Shown here piece by piece: positions 25,103-37,049 of a stretch of DNA of 64,000 nt. Made by a program: the position numbers and the translations under genes. Location of the stretch: contig MU053881.1 of NCBI GenBank assembly GCA_013239625.1, positions 682,001 to 746,000 of the forward strand. The letters run 5' to 3'. Origin of the DNA: Lama guanicoe (lineage: Eukaryota). Positions within the stretch are counted from its first letter, which is position 1, and each line of letters starts with the position of its first letter. The notes under the pieces are model-generated. The model worked only from the letters and a program-made list of their open reading frames with translations. It was not told the origin of the DNA and made no database searches.

Positions 25103-27967
25103 CTTTAATCACTGCAAGACGGTTACCTAAAACTCTACAGCGGTGCCCCTTTGAGCTAGGATGCAAATGCTAGGTGGATGTCTAACTCATGACTAAGCTA
25201 CTTAGTGCCACAAACTGTCTCACAGTGAGCCTATTTAAATTCCTGTCTTGGCCAAATCACAAATTACTACAGGCATGGACCTCCAGGAGAGCCAGCAATT
25301 AAAAATTAAAACCTCAAACATTAAAATCTTTTAACATTTATGAGTCTACTGAAATGGACAACTTTTCCCAAAAACACCCTTAAGTTGTATGTAAATGTGA
25401 GTGTTGCGTGGCTTTATCTCATCATATCCTTTAACTAGAGCAAAGACTCAGTCAATAAAATCAATACTATGGGGGCCAATACTAATCTGGTCCAAGTTCT
25501 GATTTCTCCTGATCCAGAACTTGATCCACTAATAAAACACTAGATCTAGATTCTAGAGACATGAACAGACTGCACTGCCTTCAAATACTCATCAGAAAAT
25601 ATTTCAACTGGACTTTTGATAAATGCTGGGTGGCAGAGCTCAAGACCGTTTCCTGGCAGCCACAAGCCTGAATGCTGCACTACAAGAGGGATAAAGAAGA
25701 AAATGCATCTGATGCCCACCAGAAAACCTGGCACAGACTCTAAATGAGTGTTTGCTGATAGCGTTCAATTCCATGAGTGCCAACTCTAGCATTTAAAAAA
25801 ACAAAAAAAGTCTTTGACCTTCCACAGTTCAATCTATACAGGGTGTCCTTAAAGTCTGGAAACAAAACATACCTGACCATGTTTTCAGAGTCGATGAGTA
25901 TCGTAGTATTTGCTCTACAAGTCAAGGTTTGGGAGTCTAGGGGGGTAGGAAATAATATCAAAATAAACTTACAACCTTTTATCTAACTTGCAGAAAAACC
26001 ACACACAAGTTTGTTAAGTACTATTTAATACTCATGCCAGTATTTTCCTTCTATAAAAAACAATGCCAAAAAAGTCAAAATTTCAAAAATGAATTAGTAT
26101 CATGATAAAATCGCATACAACTATGCACACACCAGGGCTCATAAAACCTGGAGGAATCTGAATATGGTCTGTAAATTGTACCAATGCAATTTCTTCCCAG
26201 TTTTGCTATGTCACTACAGTTATCTAAGATGCTACTATTAGGAGAAGCTGGGCGACAGGTACAAGAGACCTCTCTGTACTATTTTTGCAACTTTTTGCAG
26301 GTCTATAATTATGTCAAAATTAAAAGCTCCTTTAGAAAACGTATTACTGGATCAGCACAGATGGTTCTTTAGACTTGATCCAAGCTGTCTAGAAACCAAA
26401 CTGACCTGGTCCTCTAACACACAGAACTGTAAGGGAAAACTCAGACACGCGAGCTGGATGAGAAAGTCTTTCTCCCTTTCAGTGAGTGTTGCTTTCAGTA
26501 ATCAAATGCAACTATCACCCTATATCCAAGGCAGAGAACCTCTACCCTCTGCAATCACATGGATAAACGCATGCACAGCCAAGAAAAGCACGTCTGTAAC
26601 ATACACGTGTAACTAATGCAAGTGATTTCTGACTTGCTTCCCAGTTCCCCAAGGACAGGACAAAAGTGCAGTTCTCAAAATCTCAGTCAGGATTCTTCAA
26701 GAACACCGAATCTTCTCACTTTTAATATATCAATCCACTCTTTTACCTTTCAAAAGAGTGGATTTGTCTTGAATTCTGGAGATAGAAGTTTCCTGTTTTA
26801 AAACTGATGATTCAGAAAATTAATTCCCTATATGCAAGGCAGTACAGTGTATGTGGTGGAGTAAGCCGTCAAGCCAGAGAAACCTGGGTTTCAGACTGTC
26901 CTGATTCTCTTTGTGGCTGTGGTCAGCTTACTGAACTTCCACGGGTCTTCTTTCCCTGTTTTACAGATGTGGGTAATAGCACTACTGGCTGAAAGGCTTG
27001 CTGTGAAAATACAAGAAGATAATACAAGTCTATCAGAGTCCAGTATTTCACAGGAGTATGCAAACGGTTTGCTCTTTGACACACGATTAGTACAACAATA
27101 GTGAATACATTTTTAATTTCCAGAATGGGCCAGAAGTCTGACATGCCTCTCAACTCCACCTACGTATTTCAACAAGGCTGAATGATTTTACATAACCAGA
27201 GAAACTCACAATTCCTCTAATTACATTACATGATTTCTTCTTTAACTCTTCCTTGCAATACTGTACATACAACTGTAGCATCTGGACATAGAAATGTCTG
27301 AGTCTATCTGTGATTATTTATTTCCTGCTGTCACCAATTTTCTTTACAAATTCTCCCAAATTTAACTTATTATTGGTTAATGCTATTTTTCTCAACATAT
27401 TCTTTTAAAAAGGCTGTGTTATTTTACTATACACATTAACAATGTGCATGAGACTTCAACTAAACACAAAATACTGTATTTAACAGAAACAGACACATTG
27501 TGCATTGAATTTTAACAAATCCATAGGTGACTTAGATCAACCTTAGGAATGAGCAATCAATAAAGAAAAACTAGATCTGCCACATCTCAAAGGCAGAATC
27601 TTTATGCTCAATGAAGGTCCATTTAGAAAAAAGATCTTTAAAACAAATGGAGGCTCAAATTATTTTTAAATTTTTATATTTCCAAGTCAAGTCTATTTTT
27701 GCATCTGTTTTCACAAAAGGTATTGGTCTATGGTTTTCTTGTCCAGTTCGTCTGGTTTTGGTACCAAGGTAATACTGGCCTCACAGAATGAGTTGGGAAG
27801 TGTTCTCCCTCTTCTAATTTCGGAAGAGTCTGTGAAGGATTAGTGTTAATTCTTCCCTAACTATCTGGTAGAATTCACCAGTGAAGTCATTTGGTTCTGG
27901 GCTTTTCTTCGTGAGACTTAAAAGTAGTTTCACCTCAAATTCCTTTAATTCATGAGCATAACAGAGA

Positions 27968-28099
27968 GGGGGAGGGTAAGTGGCAGAGAGCATGCTTAGC
28001 ATGCATAAGGTCCTGGGTTCAATCCCCAGTACCTCCTCTAAGAATAAATAAACCTAATTACCTTCCCCGACCAAAAAAAAAAAAAAAAAAAAGAAAAAG
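27968..28099 (+). mobile_element. tRNA-Ala-derived SINE (Vic-1 type) in CANX intron 1
   Basis: gggggagggt...gcatgcttagcatgcataaggtcctgggttcaatccccagtacctcc, then aataaataaacctaattacc and a long poly(A). Confidence 0.88.
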
Positions 28100-31000
28100 A
28101 GGAACAGAAGAAATGACCTAGCTACTGTTCTTGGTGGTTTAAAAAAAAAGTAATTTTTTTTTAAAAACGACAGTGTGTAATAAAAAAATGAGGCAGTCTT
28201 TCTTTCTTGTAGGCTATCCATTCATCTATTAATATACCCTTTTTAAACGTTAAGTCTTACAGGTTTTAGTTACCTTAGGCTGTCAAATTTAACCCTCAAA
28301 AGAACCCTAGGGAGGTTCTATCATCCCCCTTGTGACACACAAGAAAACTAAGGCTAAGTTACATAAACCTTTCAAGGTCACAGTTAGGCATATGGTAATG
28401 TTTATCAGCAGGAACTCAGAAGTCACAGTCCTGGTCGGCTACTTAATAACTTGGCATATTGGGTGAATTACTAACTTCAGGGGCTCTGTTTCTTCATCCC
28501 TAAAATGAGAATAACAATACTATCTACTTCTTCAGATTGTTCTATTAACAAAATACACGTGAAGTATTTATGTCAATGCCCAGCTTATGGTATGTGCTCA
28601 ACACTAGTAGTGATTTCTACTTCTACTAGGTATAGTCCAGTGACATCGTTTAAGTTTTGATGGTTCTAAATCTCTTGAGTTTTACGGCAAATAAGAAATT
28701 TGAAGTCTTAGACTGGAAAGGAACCACTTAAAAAGAATTTGATTCTAGCCACAGATAACCATTTTACTATGCTTTTTGTACCTTCTGGTTTTACTAGATG
28801 TGTATCTTAGTCAAAAAATAAAAAGCTCTTCAACAGGGAAAAACGCATATAAAATTCTAAGTGGTCTTTATTGTAAATGCTCATCCACTAAAAAATAGAT
28901 ATATACTGCCTCGCTTTGAATTTTGCTTTTCATTGACAGGAATGTTAAAATCAATTTTTCCGTAACACTTTCCTTTTTCCCGTAAACTAAGTAGGTTTAA
29001 GATGTGGATACTCAAAACATTGCTGAAGATTCTAAATTCTTTAAAAAATAAAATGCTCCAAATAATTTTCACAGATCACAGTTAAGGTTAATTTCAAAGT
29101 GCATCTGTTGTAGTTAACATTTGTTCCGCACTTTACTGACAAAGATTTATAGTAAGCTATATAGGTGACAGCTATGTTCAGGGACTTCTATTATCTCCTG
29201 GGAGTTGTCATGAGCTGCCAATTCTTCTACTTGCACAGGTCATTACACTATTCAAAGAAGCTTTATGTTCTCCATCTTATTTGTCCCTCCTAAAAGCCTC
29301 CTAATGGTGAGGTATCCAGGAGACTTCTCATTCCCATTCAAAAGATGTGGGAATCAAGGTAGTTCCTAAGCTGGTTACCATGCTGGGCCTGGAATTCAAG
29401 TCTCTCAAGCCTGCATTTACAGTAACCAACTGTCACTTCATCCCCTTAAGCTATCTCTCAGGGCAAAATGAACTCTGTAACTGAAAGGATGCAATAACAT
29501 GATTGCCAAAACTGCAGCAACCACCTCTGTCAAAACGCTTTACCCCTCCAGGTCCTTGGAAGATAATGTGCTAGTTGAAACTGGTGAGTTAAGATAATAA
29601 GGTAGGTTGGGATGCTGACACCCATTTTCAGATAGGTCAGAAAATTTGTTGTGCAACACACTGAGTCTAGCCATCGCATGATCCCGCTGCCCGGCCTGTC
29701 TGCTTGTGCACCCTGGCTGGTGCACGGGAGAACTCCCAGTTCTTTACCTCTGCTCTAACTATAGCAAATGTACAACTCAGCTGAGTGTACTCGTGACCCT
29801 CAAACAGTCCTGGAAAAAGACTGAGATACAGAATGATTTTAAAAATCAATAGTTACTCCCTTAAAAAAAAAAACAACAAGAAAACACAACTCTACTTACT
29901 GAAAAATTAAGCAAATTATCCATTTCCTAAATTAGAGGTGAAGAGACCTGTTGTTCACCTTTGTCCTCCCAAGCTTTTAATATTCAGCTCAGTTTAATTT
30001 CCTTCAACCAGCATTCACTCGTGTCATGCCCAGCAGATCATCCACTAGATCCAGTTTCTTCCTCCTATCTCCAGAACTGTGACTTCAGGTCCTGAGAAAC
30101 AGGACTTAACCAACTCAAAAAGTAGGATGTTAGTGTAGTGGATTGAGCATTCAGACCATAATAATTCACTGCAATCATTAATCAAGCAGTTAATGCGTAT
30201 CAGACTTCCCTGTCCTTTTTTCATACACATCTTAATTCTAACCACCACCCCATCAGGTGTTACATCCATTGGGGGAGAACTGGGGCACAAAGGGGAAGTA
30301 AATCGCCCAAGTTCACATGGCAACAAATGGCCGGAGGGCTCGAACCAGAGCCTTGGCCTTAACCAGTACACCAAAACCGCCTAGCCCTCAACTGTAATTC
30401 TAACGTTATCATAAAATTCATCGCATGACCTTGGGCCAATCATTGCAGAGTTCTGGGCCTCACTTTCCCCCACGATAAAACCACCCACCTACAAAGAGTC
30501 TTTAGGTGCTTTCCTGCTTTAAAAGTCTGGTGAATTTACGACTAGATTACTTATTCCCCATCCCCGAATATGTGTAATGTCAGGACTGAAGTTTTTCAAC
30601 CGTTGCGTGTTCTAGCACATTCTCCATTCTCTTCAGGCTGCTGGGGTCCAGTCTTCAGTTGCGGTTTTAATTTTCAAATACCGAACCTGTAAAGCTCTTC
30701 CCAAATACTCTCTCTCGGTCCGATACCCCCTTTCCCCACTAGCAGGGGCACCGACTAGGCCCGACCCCACTCCAGACCTTTACGAGGCTGCTCCAGCCCA
30801 CTTCGCAGTCTCCTAGGCAGCCAGCAATGGGCTTCAGGGAGCCCTGGAACCAAAGCCGAAGGCAGAAGTCAGCTTCCCCGAGGTCAAGGGAGGCTCCAGG
30901 GCACCTGCCACGCCTCCCGACCCCAGCGGCGCGGCCTGGGCCTGGCTCCCCAGCTCCAGCGGCCCAGGTTCGGGCCTCGCCCGTGACGGCTGGCGCGTCC

Positions 31001-31144
31001 TCCTGGGCCCGAGTCCTCGAAACTCGGCCGAACCCCTCGGCCCCGGCCACGCCCGGCTCCTAGGGCCCTCGGCGGCGGTGCCGCGCACCCTGGCCCCCCG
31101 GGGTCCTCACAGGCCTGAGGACACGCGCAGGCCGCCCGCCTCAC

Positions 31145-31350
31145 CTCGAGCCTCCCGGGGACCGCCGGCGGCGCCCTCGCCTCGTCCCGCCCGCACACCT
31201 GGCCCCTCGCTGCAGTGGAGACGGCGGCAGAGGTGGCCCGACCGTCACGTGCCGCAGAAGCAAGAGGCCTTGGCTCCCGCTGCCGCCGCGCGAGCGAGCC
31301 CCACCGCGCGAAGCCCGGCCCTGCGGCCGCCCCTCGCTCCTGAGTGGCTA
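31145..31350 (-). other. CANX: CANX non-coding exon 1 (5' UTR)
   Basis: Ends ...ccccgggaggctcgag|GTGAGG (GT at 31144-31143). Joined to exon 2 this gives gaggctcgag-gtc-ATG, matching the CANX leader as I recall it. The TSS (~31350) is approximate. Confidence 0.8.
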
Positions 31351-31454
31351 CTGCCAGAGCCAAGTCCCGCCCCACCGCGCAGGCCCCGGCATTCGGTTGG
31401 TCGGTGTGGCCATCGCTCTATGCACCTTCCCATACGCCCCCTAGGGCTATTCTT

Positions 31455-31473
31455 CGTGGAGTGTAGGGATTGG
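31455..31473 (-). promoter_or_regulatory. ER stress response element (ERSE-I, CCAAT-N9-CCACG)
   Basis: Minus strand reads CCAAT-ccctacact-CCACG, an exact consensus match with a 9-nt spacer, about 100 bp upstream of CANX exon 1. Confidence 0.85.
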
Positions 31474-32705
31474 CTGGGAGTGAGGCAGGAAGTGTCCGTT
31501 GGTTGGGCCGGAGGGAAGGGGGCGGGCTGCAACGGAGTCGGCACCGCGGGCGCGCGCGCGCGTCTTGGGGCGGGGCCAGTGCGCCCGGCGTTCTCTCACC
31601 ACGTTGTCCTGGTACCTTAGTGGGCTCGCTGCCCGGCGTTACGTCCCCTCCTCCGCGCTTCCAACCGCTTGTGTTCCCGGCCCAGGGCCCCGGGGTCGGA
31701 CACCCCGTTCCCTTTTTTGGGGGAGGGGGCAAATGGCAGCTGGCAGAAGGAATCGGAGGTCCAGTGAGCCATCAGGAAGGACCTGATCCCAGTGCAGCGA
31801 GTGCGCGGCTCCGACGGAACCCTCAGTGTTCCCTCGGCCCGGCCTGGAGTTAGCTGCACCTTGCTGTGAAACTGGGCGCTGCCGTTCCTGCAGAGTCATT
31901 GCCCTGGGCCCAGCAGCCTGAGGCCGCCTTGCTACCCAACATTAAAATACACTCCAGAATACTATAATCCAAGGCTATTTCAACTTTCAACTTGTGATGT
32001 TTCTTTAAGATTAGACACGTACAAGAATGTTTTAACTGGAGAAAGGTGTTTGTGAAAGTAACGGGAGATTGGTCAGCTCTGGAGTTGGGTTAGGAGTTTG
32101 TAGGGAGGTCATTTAAATTTTAGATTTCGGTCATGATTTAGATATTTAGGGAAGCCTTATCTTAATATTATTACAGGGAGGTCTAAAAGAGAAAGAGACT
32201 AGCAGCTATGAGGCTGACTAGGAAGCCACTTCTTGGAGGTGATTAATGGGCAGAATTAGGCAATGGCAGGGTGATAAAAACAAAAGCATGATACTGGAAA
32301 AGAATCTGAAAAAGAATAGATAGACGGATAGATAGATAACTGAATCACTTTGCTGTACTCCTGAAACTAACACAACATTGTAAATCAACTATACTTTTTT
32401 AAAAAGCAAAGCACACACACACAAAAAGCGTTAAATGTTAATGCTGAAGAATGCTCTTTTGGACTCAGGAGACTAGGGAGAGAGAGAAACCAAAGGCAAC
32501 ATTGAGAGTGTGAGCCTGGGTGACTGGTGATGAAGCTTAGAGCCCCTAAAAAGGAGGGAATGCAAGTTTAGCTGATCCTGGGCTCCTGGGTCTGGGCCAA
32601 AGATAGAGCAGGACTAGACATCCTGCTAAGGGTCCTGCTAGGGATTTTTCTACTAAAGCATAATGTTCTTAAGAGGAAGCTGAGGACAAACCCCTGAAGA
32701 ATGAG

Positions 32706-33470
32706 TTTTTAGGTTGTTTTTTCCAATTTGAAATCAGTCACTGTTTATTAACTGCCCAGATTACGATAATAATCATGGTCAACACCTCAGTTCATCCATC
32801 TAATAAGCCCGTCAGATTTGTCAATCTGGTCCCTCCTGGAGAAAATAATTGGAAGGGCCACAAGATGTGTTGTTTGCTTCTTTGAAGCATTTGCCAGCAG
32901 TATGGATCTCATGAATAAGCTCCTCGGTGCAGATAATGCCATATTTACCGAGAGATGGAGCAGGCGGAGTGCTCCCTGTCAAGACAACTGGCTTCTTGTT
33001 GATTGTGCCGTAACTGTAATTGTAGATCCATTCATTCTCTGACGTCAGATTCAGTTACCCCCATGCAATACATGGTTCCACAATCCTCCAGTGTTAACTG
33101 AAGCCTTGTTGAGCTTAACAAAGGTGTCATTGAAGATCCTGTGAAGATGAAGAAGCTTTCAGATCTCTAGGCTCACACCATCGATACCTGTGATCCTGAT
33201 GAGGAGTGTCAATTTGGGTCTTGTAGATACATCAGACTTGCCCACTTTTCTTGTCCTCCTTGCTGTCTGAATCTAGCTCTATCTGCCTATATTCTGTTAC
33301 AGCAATTAACTTCTTCATAGATAAGCTTCCTCCTTGCCTTTTGAAGCATCTTTTGGGCAAACTTCTTTTTCAGGCACATGATCTCAGGCTCTGTGAAATT
33401 CTTCCACTTTTTTGTAAGGGTTTGCCTTTTTCTTCTCTTCCATACCCATCATGGTTCCAGTTGGGAAAAG
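32706..33470 (-). pseudogene. RPL7: Processed pseudogene of ribosomal protein L7 (decayed, with frameshifts, stops and internal deletions)
   Basis: Intronless. Pyrimidine 5' leader followed by ggaaccATG (33452). Residual translations IFNDTFVKLNKASVN, RIVEPCIAWG and [28 protein letters not shown]. Stop at 32787-32789, AATAAA at 32744-32749, decayed poly(A) at ~32706-32722. Confidence 0.92.
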
Positions 33471-33839
33471 GCATGAGATCTTTTCTTGATAATTCAAAAG
33501 GTACTTTGAGGTATTAGAGTAGTTAATTAAAAGAAATAATCATTGTATAATTCTTAGATGTAGAACATGTGGGAGATTGTGTTGAATGTGTTTTGACCTT
33601 ACGATGTTATTTGCAAGATGGTCTTCAAAATAAATTATATTCATTTAAAAATGCACATATGCTTTGGTCAAGCAATTCTACCCCTGGGAATGCTTCTGCA
33701 TCTATATATCTAGGTAAGTAGGCAGAGAAATAGAAAGATGGGATGCAACCACATGATGTACTTGTGTTTAAAAATATACACAGTGATGTGCATTGCAGCA
33801 CTGTTTGTAGTACTAAAATCCTAGAAACAGCCTCCATAT

Positions 33840-35140
33840 CAGATACAGGCTGCAAATGGGCTGCCCAGCCTGCCCACAAGTCTGCCTGCCCAGCTACACA
33901 TTCAGGGGTTCCCATGACCCCCCTTAAGATTCAGTGATTCACTAGAACAACTGACAGAACTCAGGAAAGTGCTTTACCTGCCCCTGCAGGTTTATTTAAA
34001 AAACTACAATTCAGGAACAATGGAAAAATGCTTAGGGCAACGTATGGGTGTGCGTGTGTGTGCGTGCGTGTGCGTGCGTGCACAGAACTTTTTTGTTTTG
34101 TTTTTGTTTTTCCTTTTTTTAGTTTAACATTTATCGAGCACCTGCTACATGTGAATTACAGTTCTAAATTCTGGAGAAGGGAGTGAAAATGGGTAAGATA
34201 TAGTTTCTATCCTCAAAGGAATTTAAAATCTAATAGAGTATAAAGCCATGGACAGAAATAATATAAGACACTGGATTCAGTTGGCAGAGGTGGTGGTGTG
34301 AGGAGTCCCGGGTATGGACAGAATGAAGGTTCCACATGGGAACAGAGCTATTACAGTGGAGTGAGTGCTTGGGTACCCTTAACAGTAACAGGGTTAATGG
34401 TGTATAGGGCACCACTCAAGAGTCTTGGAGAAGAGAACAGAGTGGGTTCAAAGGGCCCATCTTGGATCTCTTCCAGCAGGATGGCTAATGGAAGGGCATC
34501 CTTCCTCCACAGATCTCCCGGACTGGCCCTCAGTCTTGTCCCCTAAATCCCTCATCGGCCCAGAGTCGACCTTCTGTGGCCCCAGCCCCTCAGACCACCT
34601 ATACCAAGCTTCCCTCTCCCATTGCCCACCCTCAAAAATAGGCTTTATCCTGTTGGCCTTTTGTCTTAGTCTGTTCAGGCTACTATAAGTAACAGAATGC
34701 CGTAGACTGGGTCGTGCACAGAACTTCTGCGTCCTTTCTGGCGTGCCAACCTCCCAGCACCTGGATGTGTTGACCAAGCTGGAAGCTTTCTGAACACCAC
34801 TGTTCAGGGGTTTTTATGGAGGTTCCATTAGTTGGCATGATTGATAAATTATTGACCATGGGTAATCGCACTCAGTCTCCGGCCCCTCCCCGCCGGGGGT
34901 CAGGAGTGGAAGTGGAAGGCCCAGTCCTCTAGTCACTTGGTTTAGTTCCTCTAGCAACCAGTCCCCCTCCTGAGGTGATCAAGGGGCCCAGCAATAATCA
35001 CCTGATTAGCATAAACTCAGGTCTCCTTGGTAGGGGCTCATTATGAATAACAAAAGACACTCATCACTCAGGAAATGCCAAGGGTTTAGAAGCTCTGTGC
35101 CAGGAACCCAGAGTAAAGACCGAGTGTATTTTTATTGTAC
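33840..35140. mobile_element. MER21-like ERV LTR split by a 622-bp retro-insert
   Basis: Shares motifs with the element at 37-39 kb (ggttcccatgacc, ctagaaca-ctgacagaactcagga, tcactcaggaaatgccaagggtttagaagctctgtgccaggaacc). Family name by eye. Confidence 0.6.
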
Positions 35141-35239
35141 CACAGTCTCCTCATATCCATTTCCATTACTTCCCCACCACCAGCCTGAAGCAAAAATTGA
35201 TCAGTTTCCTGCTACTTTAGAAAAGATGGGTCTTTTCTA

Positions 35240-36370
35240 GAGCATCATATAAATGTAATCATATTGTATATAGTATTTTGTATCTGGTTCTTTCAAAATA
35301 TTGTTTTGAAAAAGAAGAAAAATAAAAAATACTGTTTCGAGATCCTCATCTGTATTTATCAGTAACTGGTTGCTTTTAATTGCTGAGTAGTGTCTACTGT
35401 ATGAGTAAGCCATAGTTTGTTTATCCATTGACCAGGTAATAGACACCTGGGCTGTTCCCAGTGTTTGACAGTATGATATAAAACTACCATGGACATTGTG
35501 TACCACTCTTTGTATGGACATATATTTTATTTTTCCCTTAAAACCTGACATCTTCCTTTTTTTCTTGTTAGTTACATCCATCCTGAGGAAGACTATGTAG
35601 TAATGTTTTTTGAAATCTCTTACGTCTAAAAGTGTCTTTATTCTATCCTCACATAATTTTTTAACTTTATTGAAATATAATTTACATAGCACAAAGTTTG
35701 CCCATTGTAAGTAAATGATTTGATGATTTGGTAAATGTACAGACTTTCCAACCATTACCACAATCCAATTTTAGAGTATCTCCACCACCAAAAAGTTCCT
35801 TTGCGCCCATTTGTAGTCAACTTCCAGCCAATGCTAGAACCATAGAACTGCTTTCTTCCCCCCTTGATTTCCCTTTTCTAGATATTTCATATAAATGGAA
35901 TCATACAATACATAGCCTTTTGTATATGATTTCTTTCACTTAGTATAATGTTTTCATACTTAATTCATATTGTAGCATGTATAAAGAATTGATTCCTTTT
36001 TATTGTTGGATAACACTCCATTGCAAAGATATACAACATTTTGCTTATCCGTTGAACAGCTGACAGACATATAGACTGTTTCCCACTGTCAGCTATAATG
36101 AGTAATGCTGCTGTGAACATTTGTATACAAGTCTTTGTATGGACGTGTTTCCACTTCTTTTGGGTAATACCTAGGAATAGAATTGCTGACTTGTAGGCTA
36201 AGTTTGTGTTTAACTGTTTAAGAAACTGCCAAATTGTTTTCCAAATTGGTTGCTCATTTCACATTCCCACGTAAGAGGGTTTCAGTTGCTCCACATCACG
36301 GCCAACACCTGCTATTGTCTGTCTTTTCGACTCTAGCCATTCCAGCGGGTGCGAAGCGGACCATATTGTG
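35240..36370 (-). mobile_element. Old LINE-1 fragments (antisense)
   Basis: Reverse-complement L1 ORF2-end and 3' UTR motifs (aatgctgctgtgaacatt, aagaaactgccaaattgttttcc). Confidence 0.7.
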
Positions 36371-37049
36371 GTTTGTTTCAAATTCTGTGAGCCCCTCTGA
36401 CAGTGAAGCAGTTGGTTTGTGCTGCCTCCCCATTTCTGGTACAGCTACCTTGCTGACCAAGTTGGAAGGATGTTAAGTAGCCCCAGGCAAGAATGCCAGA
36501 CTCTCACTGTTCTAACCAGAATTCAGAGGTATTTCATGGATAAATGCTTCTCAATTTCTCATTTACTTTTGGCCAATTTCCAGAGCGCTAAATGCTTTAA
36601 ATAATTTTTTTTTCCAGTTTGACAGTTGTTTTCTGGGGAGAACATGTGCTGATCTCCTCACCGCACCAGACTGCCTTTAGTTGAAAAAATGTTTTTTCTC
36701 TTTTTTCCCCTGTATTCTCTAAGCTTTTCTGTTTGCTTGCCTTAGCCTCTATGTTTTACATTGCAAAGATTTTGTTTGTTTGTTTGTTTGCCTTGTCTGC
36801 ACGTTGGAATCACCTGGAAAGCTTTTAAAATTCCAGGGCCCAAGCTGGACCCTCAGAACATCACAGCAGAATCTCTGGGGGAGAGCCTAACCATTTGAGA
36901 ATCAAAATAATCAAATGAATTGTAAACCATTGAAAAAAGAGAACTGTCAACAACTTTAAAAGAGGAAAAGAAAAAGAAAAATAGAAATTAATAAGTCTAT
37001 ACCTGTAAAGAAAAAAATCTACATTCCTCCTGTGTTTCTTCTTTACCAT

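Larger units (their letters stand above)
30700..31930. promoter_or_regulatory. CANX: CpG-island promoter of CANX
   Basis: CpG-rich block. GC box at 31366-31373, ETS motif CAGGAAGTG at 31486-31494, E-box GTCACGTG at 31244-31251, ERSE at 31455-31473. Confidence 0.88.

Noticed and set aside
30739..31899. Multiple ORFs up to 180 aa over the CANX promoter
   Set aside because: Same GC-content artefact; CANX exon 1 is non-coding.
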